In this document: positions 47,488 to 57,470 of the stretch, one piece after another
Layout: every line of letters starts with the position of its first letter
Position numbering within the stretch: the stretch's first letter is position 1
Assembly: GCA_016861085.1 (NCBI GenBank)
Contig: BOKR01000001.1
Coordinates: forward strand, 67,271 to 131,270
Length of the DNA stretch: 64,000 nucleotides
Reading direction: 5' to 3'
From: Patescibacteria group bacterium
GTDB taxonomy: Bacteria; Patescibacteriota; Microgenomatia; UBA1400; PJMF01
Position numbers and translations under genes: made by a program
Notes under the pieces: generated by a model
Told to the model about the DNA's origin: nothing
Seen by the model: only the letters and a program-made list of their open reading frames with translations
Database searches by the model: none

Positions 47488-48483
47488 TTATTCGTCAAAC
47501 TCGGAATCAGAGCCTGAGATCTCGATTTCTTCACCGCTATACAATTTATCAAGAACAGGGTGGAGTTCACTGATAAGTTTACCCATATATCCTTCCATGA
47601 TATTTGGCAAATCATACCAAGACTGTTTAGTGCGGTGATCAGTGATTCTGTTTTGAGGATAATTGTAGGTGCGAATTTTTTCAGCACGCTGTGCTCGGCC
47701 AATTGCACTTCTTGCTTTGCCAAGTTCTTTCTCTTTTTTTTCTTCTTCGATTTCCCACAACTGAGAACGAAGTAACTCAAGCGCGATTTTGCGATTTTGT
47801 TCTTGTTTTTTTTCTTGTCTGGAAACGATTACAATACCTGTTGGCTTATGGGTTAAGCGAGCAGCACTACTGGTTTTATTAACAGATTGTCCACCAGCAC
47901 CACTGGATCGCATAAACTGCCACTCAATGTCTTCTTCACGAATTTCTATTTCTTTAGATGCAATCTCTGGTAATACAGCTATTGAGGCGGTTGAAGTATG
48001 AATGCGGCCCTGTGCTTCAGTAGCTGGGACACGTTGTACCCTATGAACTCCAGATTCATACTTTAGCAATTCGTAGGCAGTAATATAACTTTTACCTTCT
48101 TTGTTGAGCTTTGGAAATTCTGTTGTTTTGCCACTGACCTTAATGACCATGTCGTCGATATAGGTAATTTTTAATTTATACATTTCTGCAAAACGAATAT
48201 ACATTCGAATCAGGTCGTTGCCCCAGATTTTAGCTTCATCACCACCAGCTCCAGAGCGAACCTCAATCGTACAATTTACTCTTTCATCGCTTGTTTGTGT
48301 GTCTCCACCGTCCATATTTTGCTCATACTGAAGCGCTGCTTCATCTAGGGCTTGTTTTTGCTGGACTAAAGAATCAAGCTCTGCTTTTGCTAGCTCAGCA
48401 AAATCTGGATCTTCTAGTAGTCGCTGTGTTTCTTGAATTTTAGCAATGAGTTCATCGATCTGTGCTTGATAGGGGTTAAACAT
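47488..48483 (-). CDS. prfA: Peptide chain release factor 1
   Basis: ESGVHRVQRVPAT (PxT), GAGGQ, IRTYNYPQNR; downstream of rpmE. Confidence 0.93.
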   Translation of the reverse strand: MFNPYQAQIDELIAKIQETQRLLEDPDFAELAKAELDSLVQQKQALDEAALQYEQNMDGGDTQTSDERVNCTIEVRSGAGGDEAKIWGNDLIRMYIRFAEMYKLKITYIDDMVIKVSGKTTEFPKLNKEGKSYITAYELLKYESGVHRVQRVPATEAQGRIHTSTASIAVLPEIASKEIEIREEDIEWQFMRSSGAGGQSVNKTSSAARLTHKPTGIVIVSRQEKKQEQNRKIALELLRSQLWEIEEEKKEKELGKARSAIGRAQRAEKIRTYNYPQNRITDHRTKQSWYDLPNIMEGYMGKLISELHPVLDKLYSGEEIEISGSDSEFDE

Positions 48484-48567
48484 GCTGTCTTTCGTATATC
48501 ACTTACTATAGCGTACCACAACAGCCCTTGAATTTCTCAAGGTTGAGGGATTTGTGTGTCTGAAAAG

Positions 48568-48918
48568 TTATGCAGCCAGCTCAGCTTTATTAGCTTTTTC
48601 GGCTTTCTTCATTGCTGTTTGTTGTTCACGCAGAATATCTTTGTATGATTTAGAATCACCTGCATCTGCATCATCAGCCTTTGCTTTTTTGCTCTTAGAA
48701 GTTTGTTGAACTTGTTGTGCCGCTTGCATTTTCTTGAGGAATTTATCAACACGACCTTGTCTGTCAACAAATTTCATTTCACCAGTAAAGAATGGGTGAC
48801 ATTTGTTACAGATATCAACTGTTAATGTTTCAGATACTGAACCAACAGTAAAAACATTACCACAGCTACAGGTAACTTGTGCTTTGTCATTGTAATTTGG
48901 ATGTATGCCTTTTTTCAT
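48568..48918 (-). CDS. rpmE: 50S ribosomal protein L31 with C-terminal extension
   Basis: [27 protein letters not shown]. Confidence 0.96.
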   Translation of the reverse strand: MKKGIHPNYNDKAQVTCSCGNVFTVGSVSETLTVDICNKCHPFFTGEMKFVDRQGRVDKFLKKMQAAQQVQQTSKSKKAKADDADAGDSKSYKDILREQQTAMKKAEKANKAELAA

Positions 48919-49059
48919 AGAGTAGTATTGTACCACAACTTAGGTCATATTGTAGAGGTGAAATCAGGTAGAGTTATTGACTTTTAGTCGCAAACTGTGT
49001 CATACTGGATAGGTCATAGGGTAAATGAAAGGATTGATGGATTAATAGAATTTTTTGTG

Positions 49060-49309
49060 AGCGTGTGGTCCGTCATGGAGCAAAAACAAGTTGTTTTTTG
49101 ACGGAAGACGAGGAAGAAGGATGTTTGTGATTCATTTACAAGCGATCGAACCAAATTTATTTTTGCATATTTGCCGAATTATTATCGCAATACCTGGAAA
49201 AATAGCATTTGAGTATCTACGGAGACCTTCTAGGCGATTGAACGTCTATTCACGGATGTATTAAAACTGCAAAGCAATTTGTAGGAAAGAGTGCAGACCG
49301 GTTTCAATT
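49060..49309 (+). ncRNA. glmS ribozyme (GlcN6P-activated), expanded variant
   Basis: A^GCG 5' site, P1 tccgtca/tgacgga, GACGAGG core, ATCGA, P2 aagaagg/ccttct, P3, P3.1 pseudoknot, P4/P4.1 with GCAA loop; directly upstream of glmS. Confidence 0.85.
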
Positions 49310-49385
49310 TTCATAACTATTGTTAGAGAGCGATTTTTTTTTGCTTGTCGTTTTGTGGCAGGCAAGACAACTAAAGGAGGAAACT

Positions 49386-51185
49386 ATGTGTGGAATTTAC
49401 ATGACAATTCAACAGACAGATGTTCATGCTGGAGAAAAGGTTTTTGCAGGACTTAAGAAAATTGAATATCGAGGATACGATTCTTGGGGGGTGGTAGTTT
49501 TAAATAAGTTTGGCTTCACTTTAAAGAAAAGGACTGGAAAACTCAGTAAACTGGGACAGATGCACTTTGTTGAAGGGAAGTGTGCATTGGGTCATACTCG
49601 ATGGGCAACTCACGGTGGAGTGACGAAGGAGAATGCTCACCCACATCTGGCAAAAAATAAATCTTTTGTTTTGGCTCAAAATGGTGTGGTGGAAAATTTT
49701 CAAGAGCTTCGAGAGCAACTTCTTGATTGGGGATATGATTTTGATTCTGAAACAGATACTGAGGTAATTGTTGGATTGCTAGAGTTTGAAATGGAGCAAC
49801 AAAAAGAACAGAAGCTAACATCAAAAATTATTAGATCAGTGTTTCGAAAGCTCACTGGTAGAAATACAATTGCGATTTTGACACAGTCTGGGGATTCATT
49901 TGCAGTTCGTGATGGCTCACCGCTAATCGTGGGCAGGAGCAAGGATTCAGCGGAGATTTATTTTTCTTCTGATGTGGTTTCATTAAGTGGTGATGCTGTT
50001 GAGTATGTTGTTATCCAGTCTGGGCAGATGGTGGAATATGTGGGTAAGAAACTTAAAATAACAGAAGTTAAATCAGGAAAATTAGTTCCATTTTCATTTG
50101 TACCAATGAGTCTTGATGCAACTGTTGTTGATAAAGAAGGATATAGCTCATTTATGCTAAAAGAAATTTATGAGCAAGCAAAAGTATTAAGCAAGGTTGT
50201 GGTTGGGAAGGAAAAAGAATTCAAGGCTGTTGCTAAGACAATCAAAAATGCAAAAACAGTGTTCACGTTGGGAGCGGGTACCGCTAGTTATGCAGCCGGA
50301 CACACGGCGTATATACTTAGAAAATTAGGTGTGCCAGCAGTGGCAATTGCTTCTTATGAATCTGACTCATTTAAACAGCTTTGTGACGAGAAAAGCGTTT
50401 GTATTGTGTATAGTCAAAGCGGAGAAACTGCAGATACAAATGAGGTTGTTGAATGGATGAAGGCGAAGGGTGCAAAAATTATTAGTGCAGTGAACATGCC
50501 CGGAAGTACACTCACTCAACTCTCTGACTTTCCATTTATGTTACAAGTTGGTCCCGAACTGGCGGTTGCTTCTACTAAAGCTTTTTTTGGGCAAATGGTT
50601 TGGGGGATGACAGTTTGTGAACTTTTAAGTGGATCTAAATTTGTTGAAATAAAGGAAATTATTTATAAATTTGAACAACAATTGCGTGTTTGGTTTGCCG
50701 ATATTCTAGTCCAAGATAAAATCCGAAAATTGGCAGAGAGTTTAGTTCATAAGCAACATTTATTTGTATTAGGTCGGGGCGATTTGTATAGTTCAAGTTT
50801 AGAAAGTGCGCTCAAACTCAAAGAAATTTCGTACATTCATGCTGAAGGGTTTTCTGGTGGAGAACTCAAACATGGGGTAATTGCACTCATAGAACAGGGA
50901 ACTCCCGTACTTTGTTTGGTTGCAGAAGATGAAAACAAAGCTAACATGCTCAATGCTATTTCAGAAATTAATGCTCGGGGTGGTTTTACAATTGTTATAG
51001 CAAGCAAAGATAATGAATTATATAAAGAATGGATTGAGGTTCCAGAATTGAAATTTAGAGGAATGAGTTTTATGACACTAATGAGCATTGTACCTTCACA
51101 ACTATTGACTTGCTATATGGCCATGAAAAAAGGTTGTGACGTAGATAAACCAAGGAATCTAGCTAAGAGTGTGACCGTGAAGTAG
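49386..51185 (+). CDS. glmS: Glutamine--fructose-6-phosphate transaminase
   Basis: MCGI start after AAGGAGG, EYRGYDS, GHTRWATHG, SQSGETAD, PRNLAKSVT. Confidence 0.97.
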   Translation: MCGIYMTIQQTDVHAGEKVFAGLKKIEYRGYDSWGVVVLNKFGFTLKKRTGKLSKLGQMHFVEGKCALGHTRWATHGGVTKENAHPHLAKNKSFVLAQNGVVENFQELREQLLDWGYDFDSETDTEVIVGLLEFEMEQQKEQKLTSKIIRSVFRKLTGRNTIAILTQSGDSFAVRDGSPLIVGRSKDSAEIYFSSDVVSLSGDAVEYVVIQSGQMVEYVGKKLKITEVKSGKLVPFSFVPMSLDATVVDKEGYSSFMLKEIYEQAKVLSKVVVGKEKEFKAVAKTIKNAKTVFTLGAGTASYAAGHTAYILRKLGVPAVAIASYESDSFKQLCDEKSVCIVYSQSGETADTNEVVEWMKAKGAKIISAVNMPGSTLTQLSDFPFMLQVGPELAVASTKAFFGQMVWGMTVCELLSGSKFVEIKEIIYKFEQQLRVWFADILVQDKIRKLAESLVHKQHLFVLGRGDLYSSSLESALKLKEISYIHAEGFSGGELKHGVIALIEQGTPVLCLVAEDENKANMLNAISEINARGGFTIVIASKDNELYKEWIEVPELKFRGMSFMTLMSIVPSQLLTCYMAMKKGCDVDKPRNLAKSVTVK

Positions 51186-52149
51186 CTCTTTTTTTAATAC
51201 GCTTTTCTGCGATATAAACGCCAAGAAGTATAAGTGCCATAGCAATGATTTGAAGCATATGAACCTTTTCTTGCAGCAAAAGCATACCAGCAGGGACAAA
51301 AATGAGCGGTTGTAAGTACCAAAAAAGGCTGGCCTCCGAGGCCTCAATGCCATCTTGGCCTTTGATGTACGCTGTTAGACCGATGATAGAGCCAAATATT
51401 GCCATGTACCCGGAGGCCAGCCATACAGATTGGTGCTGTAAATCAAGCTGCACTGCTTGTAAAAATTGTGTGCCAAGATTAGTCATCGAGACGTTTAATC
51501 CATTATTTTGTACCCACAGTTCGATTAAGCTTAAAAGTAAGAAGGAGACTATCCCGAAATAAAAACTAATACCTGTTACAAATAGTTTAGGTAAGTTTTT
51601 ATAGTATTTTTTAGCCATTATCATCGCAATTGCCGTTGTGATGTTTTGCGCAATAATGAATAGATTGCCCTCAAGCGACAAGCCTTCAGGTGACATACCA
51701 TTAAGAATGATTGGCAGAAATGTAAGCAGTGAAGTACCTAAAAATGCAGTAAAAAGCCCAAGCCATTCATGTGCTTCTTCTTTTTCTCGTAGAATGAAAA
51801 TACCCGCCAGAACAACAAAAATAGGTGTAGTTGTTGTAAGGAAACTTGCTTCAATTGCTGAGGTTTTAGCTAAGCCAAGATATAGTAAACCTAAAGAAAC
51901 CACAGTGCCAAAGAATTCTACAAGTAAAACTTTTTGTATGGCACTAATTTTGTTTTTTACCTTGGGCCAGTAGTACAACAAGATTGGAATGCTACACAGC
52001 GCGGCTATGACATATCGGTAGAGTAGGTATCGGAAGGGAGTTGTGACTTCAAGACTAGGTTTGACAATAATGAGTGCCAGACCCCAAGTGATCGTATTGA
52101 TGAGTAGGAAGAGATAAGACTTCAGTCGAACCTGGGCAGATTTTTTCAT
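51163..52149 (-). CDS. DMT/EamA family transporter
   Basis: ~10 TM helices, TSAIEAS, ILREK and LLQEK duplicated halves. Confidence 0.88.
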   Translation of the reverse strand: MKKSAQVRLKSYLFLLINTITWGLALIIVKPSLEVTTPFRYLLYRYVIAALCSIPILLYYWPKVKNKISAIQKVLLVEFFGTVVSLGLLYLGLAKTSAIEASFLTTTTPIFVVLAGIFILREKEEAHEWLGLFTAFLGTSLLTFLPIILNGMSPEGLSLEGNLFIIAQNITTAIAMIMAKKYYKNLPKLFVTGISFYFGIVSFLLLSLIELWVQNNGLNVSMTNLGTQFLQAVQLDLQHQSVWLASGYMAIFGSIIGLTAYIKGQDGIEASEASLFWYLQPLIFVPAGMLLLQEKVHMLQIIAMALILLGVYIAEKRIKKRATSRSHS

Positions 52150-52230
52150 GCAATTCTTGGTAAAACTCCTTATCAGTAAGAGTATCATAAAAAATTTATC
52201 TCTGGTATCATTCGTTTATATGGAGTCACA

Positions 52231-52983
52231 ATGAAAAAGTTACTCATTGAAGCACCTTTATTTAATTGGCTACAGACCAATAACATCAAAGGTGTTTTAT
52301 TTGATCTTGACGATACAATTATTAAAACAAATGAAATCTTCATGGCTGCAGTCCAGGAAGTTGTAGCTTTATATGTTAAAGCACTGCCCCAGTTAAGCTC
52401 TGATGAAGTAAGTACGTTGTTTGATGAAATCAATATCTCAGTACATGGACGTTACTCTGTGAATCCAAAACGGTGGGAACATGTGATTGCTGAGTTTGAA
52501 GCTGAAGCTGGAGTTAAGAGATCAATTGCTCGGACAGCTTTGCACAGATTAGCAATGATTTATAAAACTCATCCAGAATACGAGAAAGATGCAGAAAAGT
52601 TATTGCAGTTGTTAAAAAAATGGCGAGTTATGGTTGGTCTAGTAACTCATGCCAATGCACAATGGACACTATTCAAGTTAGAGAGCTTAGGACTAGCAGA
52701 TTTTTTTAATCATGTTGCAGTTGTCTCAGAAAATAAACTTCACAAAAATAGTGATGATTGGTTACGGGCAGCAGAAGATATACAAGTACGCCCTAAAAAC
52801 CTGCTTGGAGTTGGCGACAACATGCAAGGAGATGTTCAGTCAGCAGTTACAGCTGGTTTTGGGAAAGTTGCTTGGGTTGACAAAAAAAATGGTTGGGACC
52901 ATTACCGAACTGGTGAGCGACCATCAGGCGTTTTGGTAGTAGAAGCTGCAGGTGACTTACTTGAACTCAAATTCAAAAAGTAG
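52231..52983 (+). CDS. HAD family hydrolase
   Basis: FDLDDT, VTH, VGDN..GDV. Confidence 0.88.
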   Translation: MKKLLIEAPLFNWLQTNNIKGVLFDLDDTIIKTNEIFMAAVQEVVALYVKALPQLSSDEVSTLFDEINISVHGRYSVNPKRWEHVIAEFEAEAGVKRSIARTALHRLAMIYKTHPEYEKDAEKLLQLLKKWRVMVGLVTHANAQWTLFKLESLGLADFFNHVAVVSENKLHKNSDDWLRAAEDIQVRPKNLLGVGDNMQGDVQSAVTAGFGKVAWVDKKNGWDHYRTGERPSGVLVVEAAGDLLELKFKK

Positions 52984-54228
52984 TTAGATTTGTTTTATTT
53001 TTTTGACGACTTCTTCTAAAGTAAGTAGCTCTTGTTCTCCTGAAGCCATATTTTTGAGTTGAACTTTATTTTCAGAAACTTCAGCATCACCAATTACGAC
53101 AACATACGGAATATTTTTCTGATTAGCTAGTTTGAATTGTTTACCGATTTGATCAACTTCTGGATAGACTTCAGTCCTAATGTTATTTGCTCGTAAAGTT
53201 TTAGCAGCGTTAAGTGAATTTTTTATCAGGTTCTCATCAAAAACGGTGACTAACACCTGGCTGGAAACGGTGGCTGTTTGCGGGACTAAGCCCAATTCAA
53301 CAACTGCCTCGACAGTACGGTCAAAGCCTATTGCAAATCCGTTTGCTTTAATATCTCGTCCACACAATTCTCCAATCAATCTATCATATCTACCACCACC
53401 ACCAACCGAACCGCCTGAATATTCAGGAACTTTCCCTTCAAAAATAATGCCAGTGTAATAATCTAAACCGCGTGCAAGGGTAGGAGTAAAGACTAGGGCG
53501 TCTTGATCTACCCCGAGCTCAACAGCTCGTTCAACAGTTTCTTTTAAACTTGCAGACATTGTGGCAGAAGTAATCTCACGCAGTACGTCACGGGCATCTT
53601 TTTCATATAGACCTTTGCCAATTAACTCGTCAACAACTTGTTTTTCACTGAGTTTATCGAGCTTGTCGATTGATTGGATAATTGAGAAAACATTCACTTC
53701 ATCATTTGCGAAAGGAGAGATAGTATTCATCAAAGTGGTGCGATCATTTATGAATAGTTTGATAGATTTCAAACCTAAATTCTGATACACAAAATAGTAC
53801 ACTGCTAATAGTTCAGCATCGACAACAGTGCTATCACTTTCAAAGATGTCACAATCACATTGGGTAAACTCTCTAAATCTACCTTTTTGTGGTTTGTCTG
53901 CTCGAAATACATTTTGGATTTGATATCTTCTGAAAAATTTTGGTAATTCATTTTGGTACTGGGATAAAACACGACTGGTTGGCACAGTTTGGTCATATCG
54001 CAACGCAATTTTTCTGCCTCCTTGGTCCTCAAAAGAGTAGATTAATTTATCTGCTTCATCACCATATTTTCCCATGAGTAAACTGGCATATTCCAGGGTT
54101 GGTGTTTCGATAGGTTCAAAACCGAATATTTCGAATGTTTCTTTAATTTTTTTGGTTACATAGTTTCTGATGTTCTTTTCTTTTGGCAAGAAATCTCTGA
54201 AACCTTTTAATGTTTGTACTTGTTGCAT
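52984..54228 (-). CDS. hisS: Histidine--tRNA ligase
   Basis: KGFRDFLP, LRYDQTVP, PQKGRFREFTQCD, RGLDYYTG, GGGRYD. Confidence 0.97.
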   Translation of the reverse strand: MQQVQTLKGFRDFLPKEKNIRNYVTKKIKETFEIFGFEPIETPTLEYASLLMGKYGDEADKLIYSFEDQGGRKIALRYDQTVPTSRVLSQYQNELPKFFRRYQIQNVFRADKPQKGRFREFTQCDCDIFESDSTVVDAELLAVYYFVYQNLGLKSIKLFINDRTTLMNTISPFANDEVNVFSIIQSIDKLDKLSEKQVVDELIGKGLYEKDARDVLREITSATMSASLKETVERAVELGVDQDALVFTPTLARGLDYYTGIIFEGKVPEYSGGSVGGGGRYDRLIGELCGRDIKANGFAIGFDRTVEAVVELGLVPQTATVSSQVLVTVFDENLIKNSLNAAKTLRANNIRTEVYPEVDQIGKQFKLANQKNIPYVVVIGDAEVSENKVQLKNMASGEQELLTLEEVVKKIKQI

Positions 54229-54278
54229 ATTTTTCCTTCTTAATTTTGATTAATTATACATTGTTGTTTTCTGAAATT

Positions 54279-54301
54279 AAAAACTCCCTTGTTGGGAGTT
54301 T
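54279..54301 (-). terminator. Attenuator terminator upstream of hisS
   Basis: On the mRNA: aaactccc-aacaa-gggagttt followed by U-rich tail. Confidence 0.8.
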
Positions 54302-54327
54302 GATACGTTTTAAAAAAACCACTAAAA

Positions 54328-54387
54328 TCAACTCCCTTGCATATGAGAGTGATGATGAGTGATTAATTTTGTTTTTGTATCTTTCAT
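54328..54387 (-). CDS. His-rich leader peptide MKDTKTKLITHHHSHMQGS
   Basis: 19 aa ORF with CAT CAT CAC TCT CAT; TG-n-TACAAT promoter at 54398-54406; terminator downstream, then hisS. Confidence 0.85.
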   Translation of the reverse strand: MKDTKTKLITHHHSHMQGS

Positions 54388-54412
54388 CTAACAGATGATT
54401 GTATCATATAAC

Positions 54413-55498
54413 TTATACTGTAGTAAGGATCTCGTATCCTGTAGCTGTTGTAAGAATAGTATCTTCATATCTATAGCCAAAATTATCCTCAAGATAGATG
54501 CCTGGCTCTACAGTGATAGTCATGTTGGCTGTAATTGGTTCGGAATTTCTCCAGCTCAAAGAGGGAGCTTCATGGATATCTAAGCCTAAACCATGCCCAG
54601 TTGTGTGAATGAAATTGTCTCCATACCCTTGGTTTGAAATGTGTATTCTAGCGGCATTATCAATGTCTTTTGCCAAAACAGTTCTTTTATGGTGTTCTCC
54701 AAATTGAACAAGAGCTGCATTTTGAGCATCCCTCACGATCGTTTCAATTTTTTTAAATTGCGGACTTGGATTTGGTCCAAACCAAAATGTTCTAGTCATA
54801 TCCGCACAATAGTTGTTAAGTTTTGCACCGATATCGATGAGAACAACAGTATCATTCTCGAGTTTTTTGTTGTTTGGCTGGTGATGTGGGAGGGCGCTAT
54901 TAGCTGCGAACCCGACAATTGTAGGGAAGGCAAGTTGCTTTACCCCATTTTTTTTAAATGCTGTTTCAATGAGATCAGCGACATCTAACTCTGTCATGCC
55001 TTTTTGTAAGTCTAATTGTACTTCTTTAAGCACTCTGGCAGTTATTTTGCATGCCTTTTTTATTGCTGAAATTTCATTCGTATCTTTTTGTTTTAGCAAC
55101 TCATTGGCTGGGTTTTGTTCCATTGGTTTTGCCCGTAGATTACTGACCTTAGAAATTGAATCAAGCTCTGCTACAAACAGTGTTGTAGGATCATAAAAGA
55201 GCGTTTGCGCGTTTGTCTTTTTTACCAAATCCTCAAAATGGAATTGTAGTTGTGCTGGAAAAGTGCCTGAAAAGTAAGTTAAAAAATCAGAGTTACAAAG
55301 CGGAGCAAAACTTGTGTGAATGAGCGCTGCAGTTTTAGAGCCACAGATAAAAAAAGCCTCTCTCTCATTAGGAACTAAAAATTGAAATCCAGTAAAATAT
55401 GAGATATGGCTTGGGTTAGAAAAAAGATACAGAGTGTTGGGGTTGAGCTTTTGCTTTAGTTTTTTGACACGGTCACTATAAACGGTTTCTTGAAACAT
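54413..55498 (-). CDS. Xaa-Pro aminopeptidase (M24B)
   Basis: SALPHH, IDIGA...Y.ADMTRT, HTTGHGLGLDIHE, TVEPGIY, RYED. Confidence 0.93.
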   Translation of the reverse strand: MFQETVYSDRVKKLKQKLNPNTLYLFSNPSHISYFTGFQFLVPNEREAFFICGSKTAALIHTSFAPLCNSDFLTYFSGTFPAQLQFHFEDLVKKTNAQTLFYDPTTLFVAELDSISKVSNLRAKPMEQNPANELLKQKDTNEISAIKKACKITARVLKEVQLDLQKGMTELDVADLIETAFKKNGVKQLAFPTIVGFAANSALPHHQPNNKKLENDTVVLIDIGAKLNNYCADMTRTFWFGPNPSPQFKKIETIVRDAQNAALVQFGEHHKRTVLAKDIDNAARIHISNQGYGDNFIHTTGHGLGLDIHEAPSLSWRNSEPITANMTITVEPGIYLEDNFGYRYEDTILTTATGYEILTTV

Positions 55499-55504
55499 AA
55501 AATA

Positions 55505-56197
55505 TTACTCATCGCTTTCTGCCAAAGGTGCAAGTGAACGAATTGTTGATGCTTCAATTTTCGATTCAATGTTATACCCAGAAACCAGAACAGTTAGATC
55601 CTCAGAAAGATCACTAAACGAGATTTCAGTGCCGGTAAGGTCTTCAAATTCGGTTGTCTTTACAATGGATATTGTGGTTTCAGCTTCATCAGATCTGGGT
55701 TTGATGGTAATACTGTTCTTGGTAACAGCGGTTATTGTGCCAATCCGGACATATTGAGGTTTTGGAAGCAAACTCTTTGTATATACATATAGGAATACTG
55801 GGCTGAAATCATCATCTTTGATTCTGCCAAGAATGGTTACCCAGTTTTCAACAGCGATGTCTTCACTTTTTATTAGTTTACCATCCCTTGTAATGGTAAG
55901 AGTCTCATCAAGAGGAATAATTCTACTTCCTAATCGGTTAGTAATAGTGATTGTTTCACCAGTAACACGAATGATTTGTCCAAATAGTGCGACTTTGCGA
56001 TTAAGGAGGTTATCAATTGCGCCTTTTACTTTACTGTTTTCAATGTTTTCTTTGATAATTTTCTTAATGTTTTCAAATGACGCAGATTGGGTAGATTCAT
56101 CTTCAGTTTCCTGTGCAAACACAGGAATAGAGACTATAGAAATCTGAGTCAGAGAAAGGAATAGTAGTGCTATAAGTCCAAATTTAAAGTTATTCAT
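55505..56197 (-). CDS. Exported hypothetical protein with two beta-barrel-like repeats
   Basis: Signal peptide ending VFA-Q; repeated G.I..V....ITI units. Confidence 0.65.
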   Translation of the reverse strand: MNNFKFGLIALLFLSLTQISIVSIPVFAQETEDESTQSASFENIKKIIKENIENSKVKGAIDNLLNRKVALFGQIIRVTGETITITNRLGSRIIPLDETLTITRDGKLIKSEDIAVENWVTILGRIKDDDFSPVFLYVYTKSLLPKPQYVRIGTITAVTKNSITIKPRSDEAETTISIVKTTEFEDLTGTEISFSDLSEDLTVLVSGYNIESKIEASTIRSLAPLAESDE

Positions 56198-56696
56198 TTG
56201 TCTCTCCCGGATTCTCATCTTGATTCTCTGCAGAGGCAGTGGCTTGTTGCGCTTCTAGTTCTTTTTGTGCTGCTTCGAGTTTTTCAAATGCGTCAGAAAC
56301 GACCACTAACCGTTCTTCAACTACAGCTGAGCTATTCTCATCAATAACATGAACTCGAATGAAATTTTCTGCGTCGACTAAAGAAACTTTGATTGCAAAA
56401 TTTCCCGATTCGTCTGAGGTTGAAACATAATCATCGTCGTTTACAAACACAATAATAAATGTGTTAGCGATTGTAGTTCCGGTCACTGTCAATTCTTTTT
56501 CCGTTTGGATTGTACCGTCTTCAGGATTGTGCAAAGCTAGGACAGTTGGGGTAGCAGTGGCTTCTGTTTCAGTTTGTGTTATAAGTTCAGTAATGGGTTT
56601 TTCTGTGATCGTATTTTTGACTCTATACACACCAAAAGTGATAATCAAGCCCATGCTTAAACCAACAAAAATAGCGATTAGTACTTCTTTTTTCAT
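56190..56696 (-). CDS. Membrane-anchored protein with Ig-like domain
   Basis: N-terminal TM helix; PEDG...LTVTGTT...SDESGNF. Confidence 0.65.
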   Translation of the reverse strand: MKKEVLIAIFVGLSMGLIITFGVYRVKNTITEKPITELITQTETEATATPTVLALHNPEDGTIQTEKELTVTGTTIANTFIIVFVNDDDYVSTSDESGNFAIKVSLVDAENFIRVHVIDENSSAVVEERLVVVSDAFEKLEAAQKELEAQQATASAENQDENPGETNE

Positions 56697-56795
56697 ACAG
56701 ACTATCAGGCAGATGATTGACACCATTATACAGCACCTGGATTGCTAATTCTTGCGCGTTTGCGTGTCAACCAAACCAATGATACCATACGGTAT

Positions 56796-57458
56796 ATGAC
56801 AATAACATACCACGGACATTCAACATTTAAAATTAAAGGCAGAGTAGGAACGGTCGTTACTGATCCATACGATGACTATATTGGCTTGATACTCCCAAAA
56901 ATGAGTACGGATATAGCTACGGTTAGTCACGACCATAAAGATCATAATGCGGTAAAAACGTTGGTTGGAACAGCTCGACGCAATAATCCGTTTATTGTCA
57001 CTGATGCAGGTGAGTATGAGGTAGGAGGCATATCTGTTTTTGGAGTGCAAACGCATCATGATGCAAATGGTGGAGTAGAGCGTGGCAAAAATATGGTATT
57101 TACCATTCTAGTCGATGGAATTCGCGTATGCCATTTAGGTGATTTAGGCCATGAGTTGAGTCCTGACCAGCTAGAAGAGATTGGTGAGGTTGATGTGTTG
57201 TTATGCCCAGTTGGAGGAACCTACACTATAGATCCAGAACTAGCGGTAAAAACAATTCGTGCAATTGAACCAAGTATTGTGATCCCAATGCATTATAAAA
57301 CTGCAAAACACAATCCAGACGTTTTTGGTGATCTCAAAACACTTGAGGATTTCTTAAAAGTGTATGGTGTCAGCCCAACACCTGTTGCTAAACTTGAACT
57401 GGCAAGTAAATCTTCACTTCCAGAGGAAACTGAGTTGGTAGTTTTAAGTGAAGTGTAG
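56796..57458 (+). CDS. MBL-fold metallo-hydrolase (Lactamase_B_3-like)
   Basis: YHGHSTF, TDPY, SHDHKDH, HLGDLG, PVGG, IPMHY. Confidence 0.9.
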   Translation: MTITYHGHSTFKIKGRVGTVVTDPYDDYIGLILPKMSTDIATVSHDHKDHNAVKTLVGTARRNNPFIVTDAGEYEVGGISVFGVQTHHDANGGVERGKNMVFTILVDGIRVCHLGDLGHELSPDQLEEIGEVDVLLCPVGGTYTIDPELAVKTIRAIEPSIVIPMHYKTAKHNPDVFGDLKTLEDFLKVYGVSPTPVAKLELASKSSLPEETELVVLSEV

Positions 57459-57470
57459 TAAGGTACCTGT

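Noticed and set aside
47488-48483. prfB with programmed frameshift
   Set aside because: The recognition tripeptide is PAT (RF1), not SPF, and the ORF is continuous.
49320-49385. N-terminal extension of GlmS in the ORF track
   Set aside because: GlmS needs Cys at position 2; the MCGI start at 49386 has an AAGGAGG SD.
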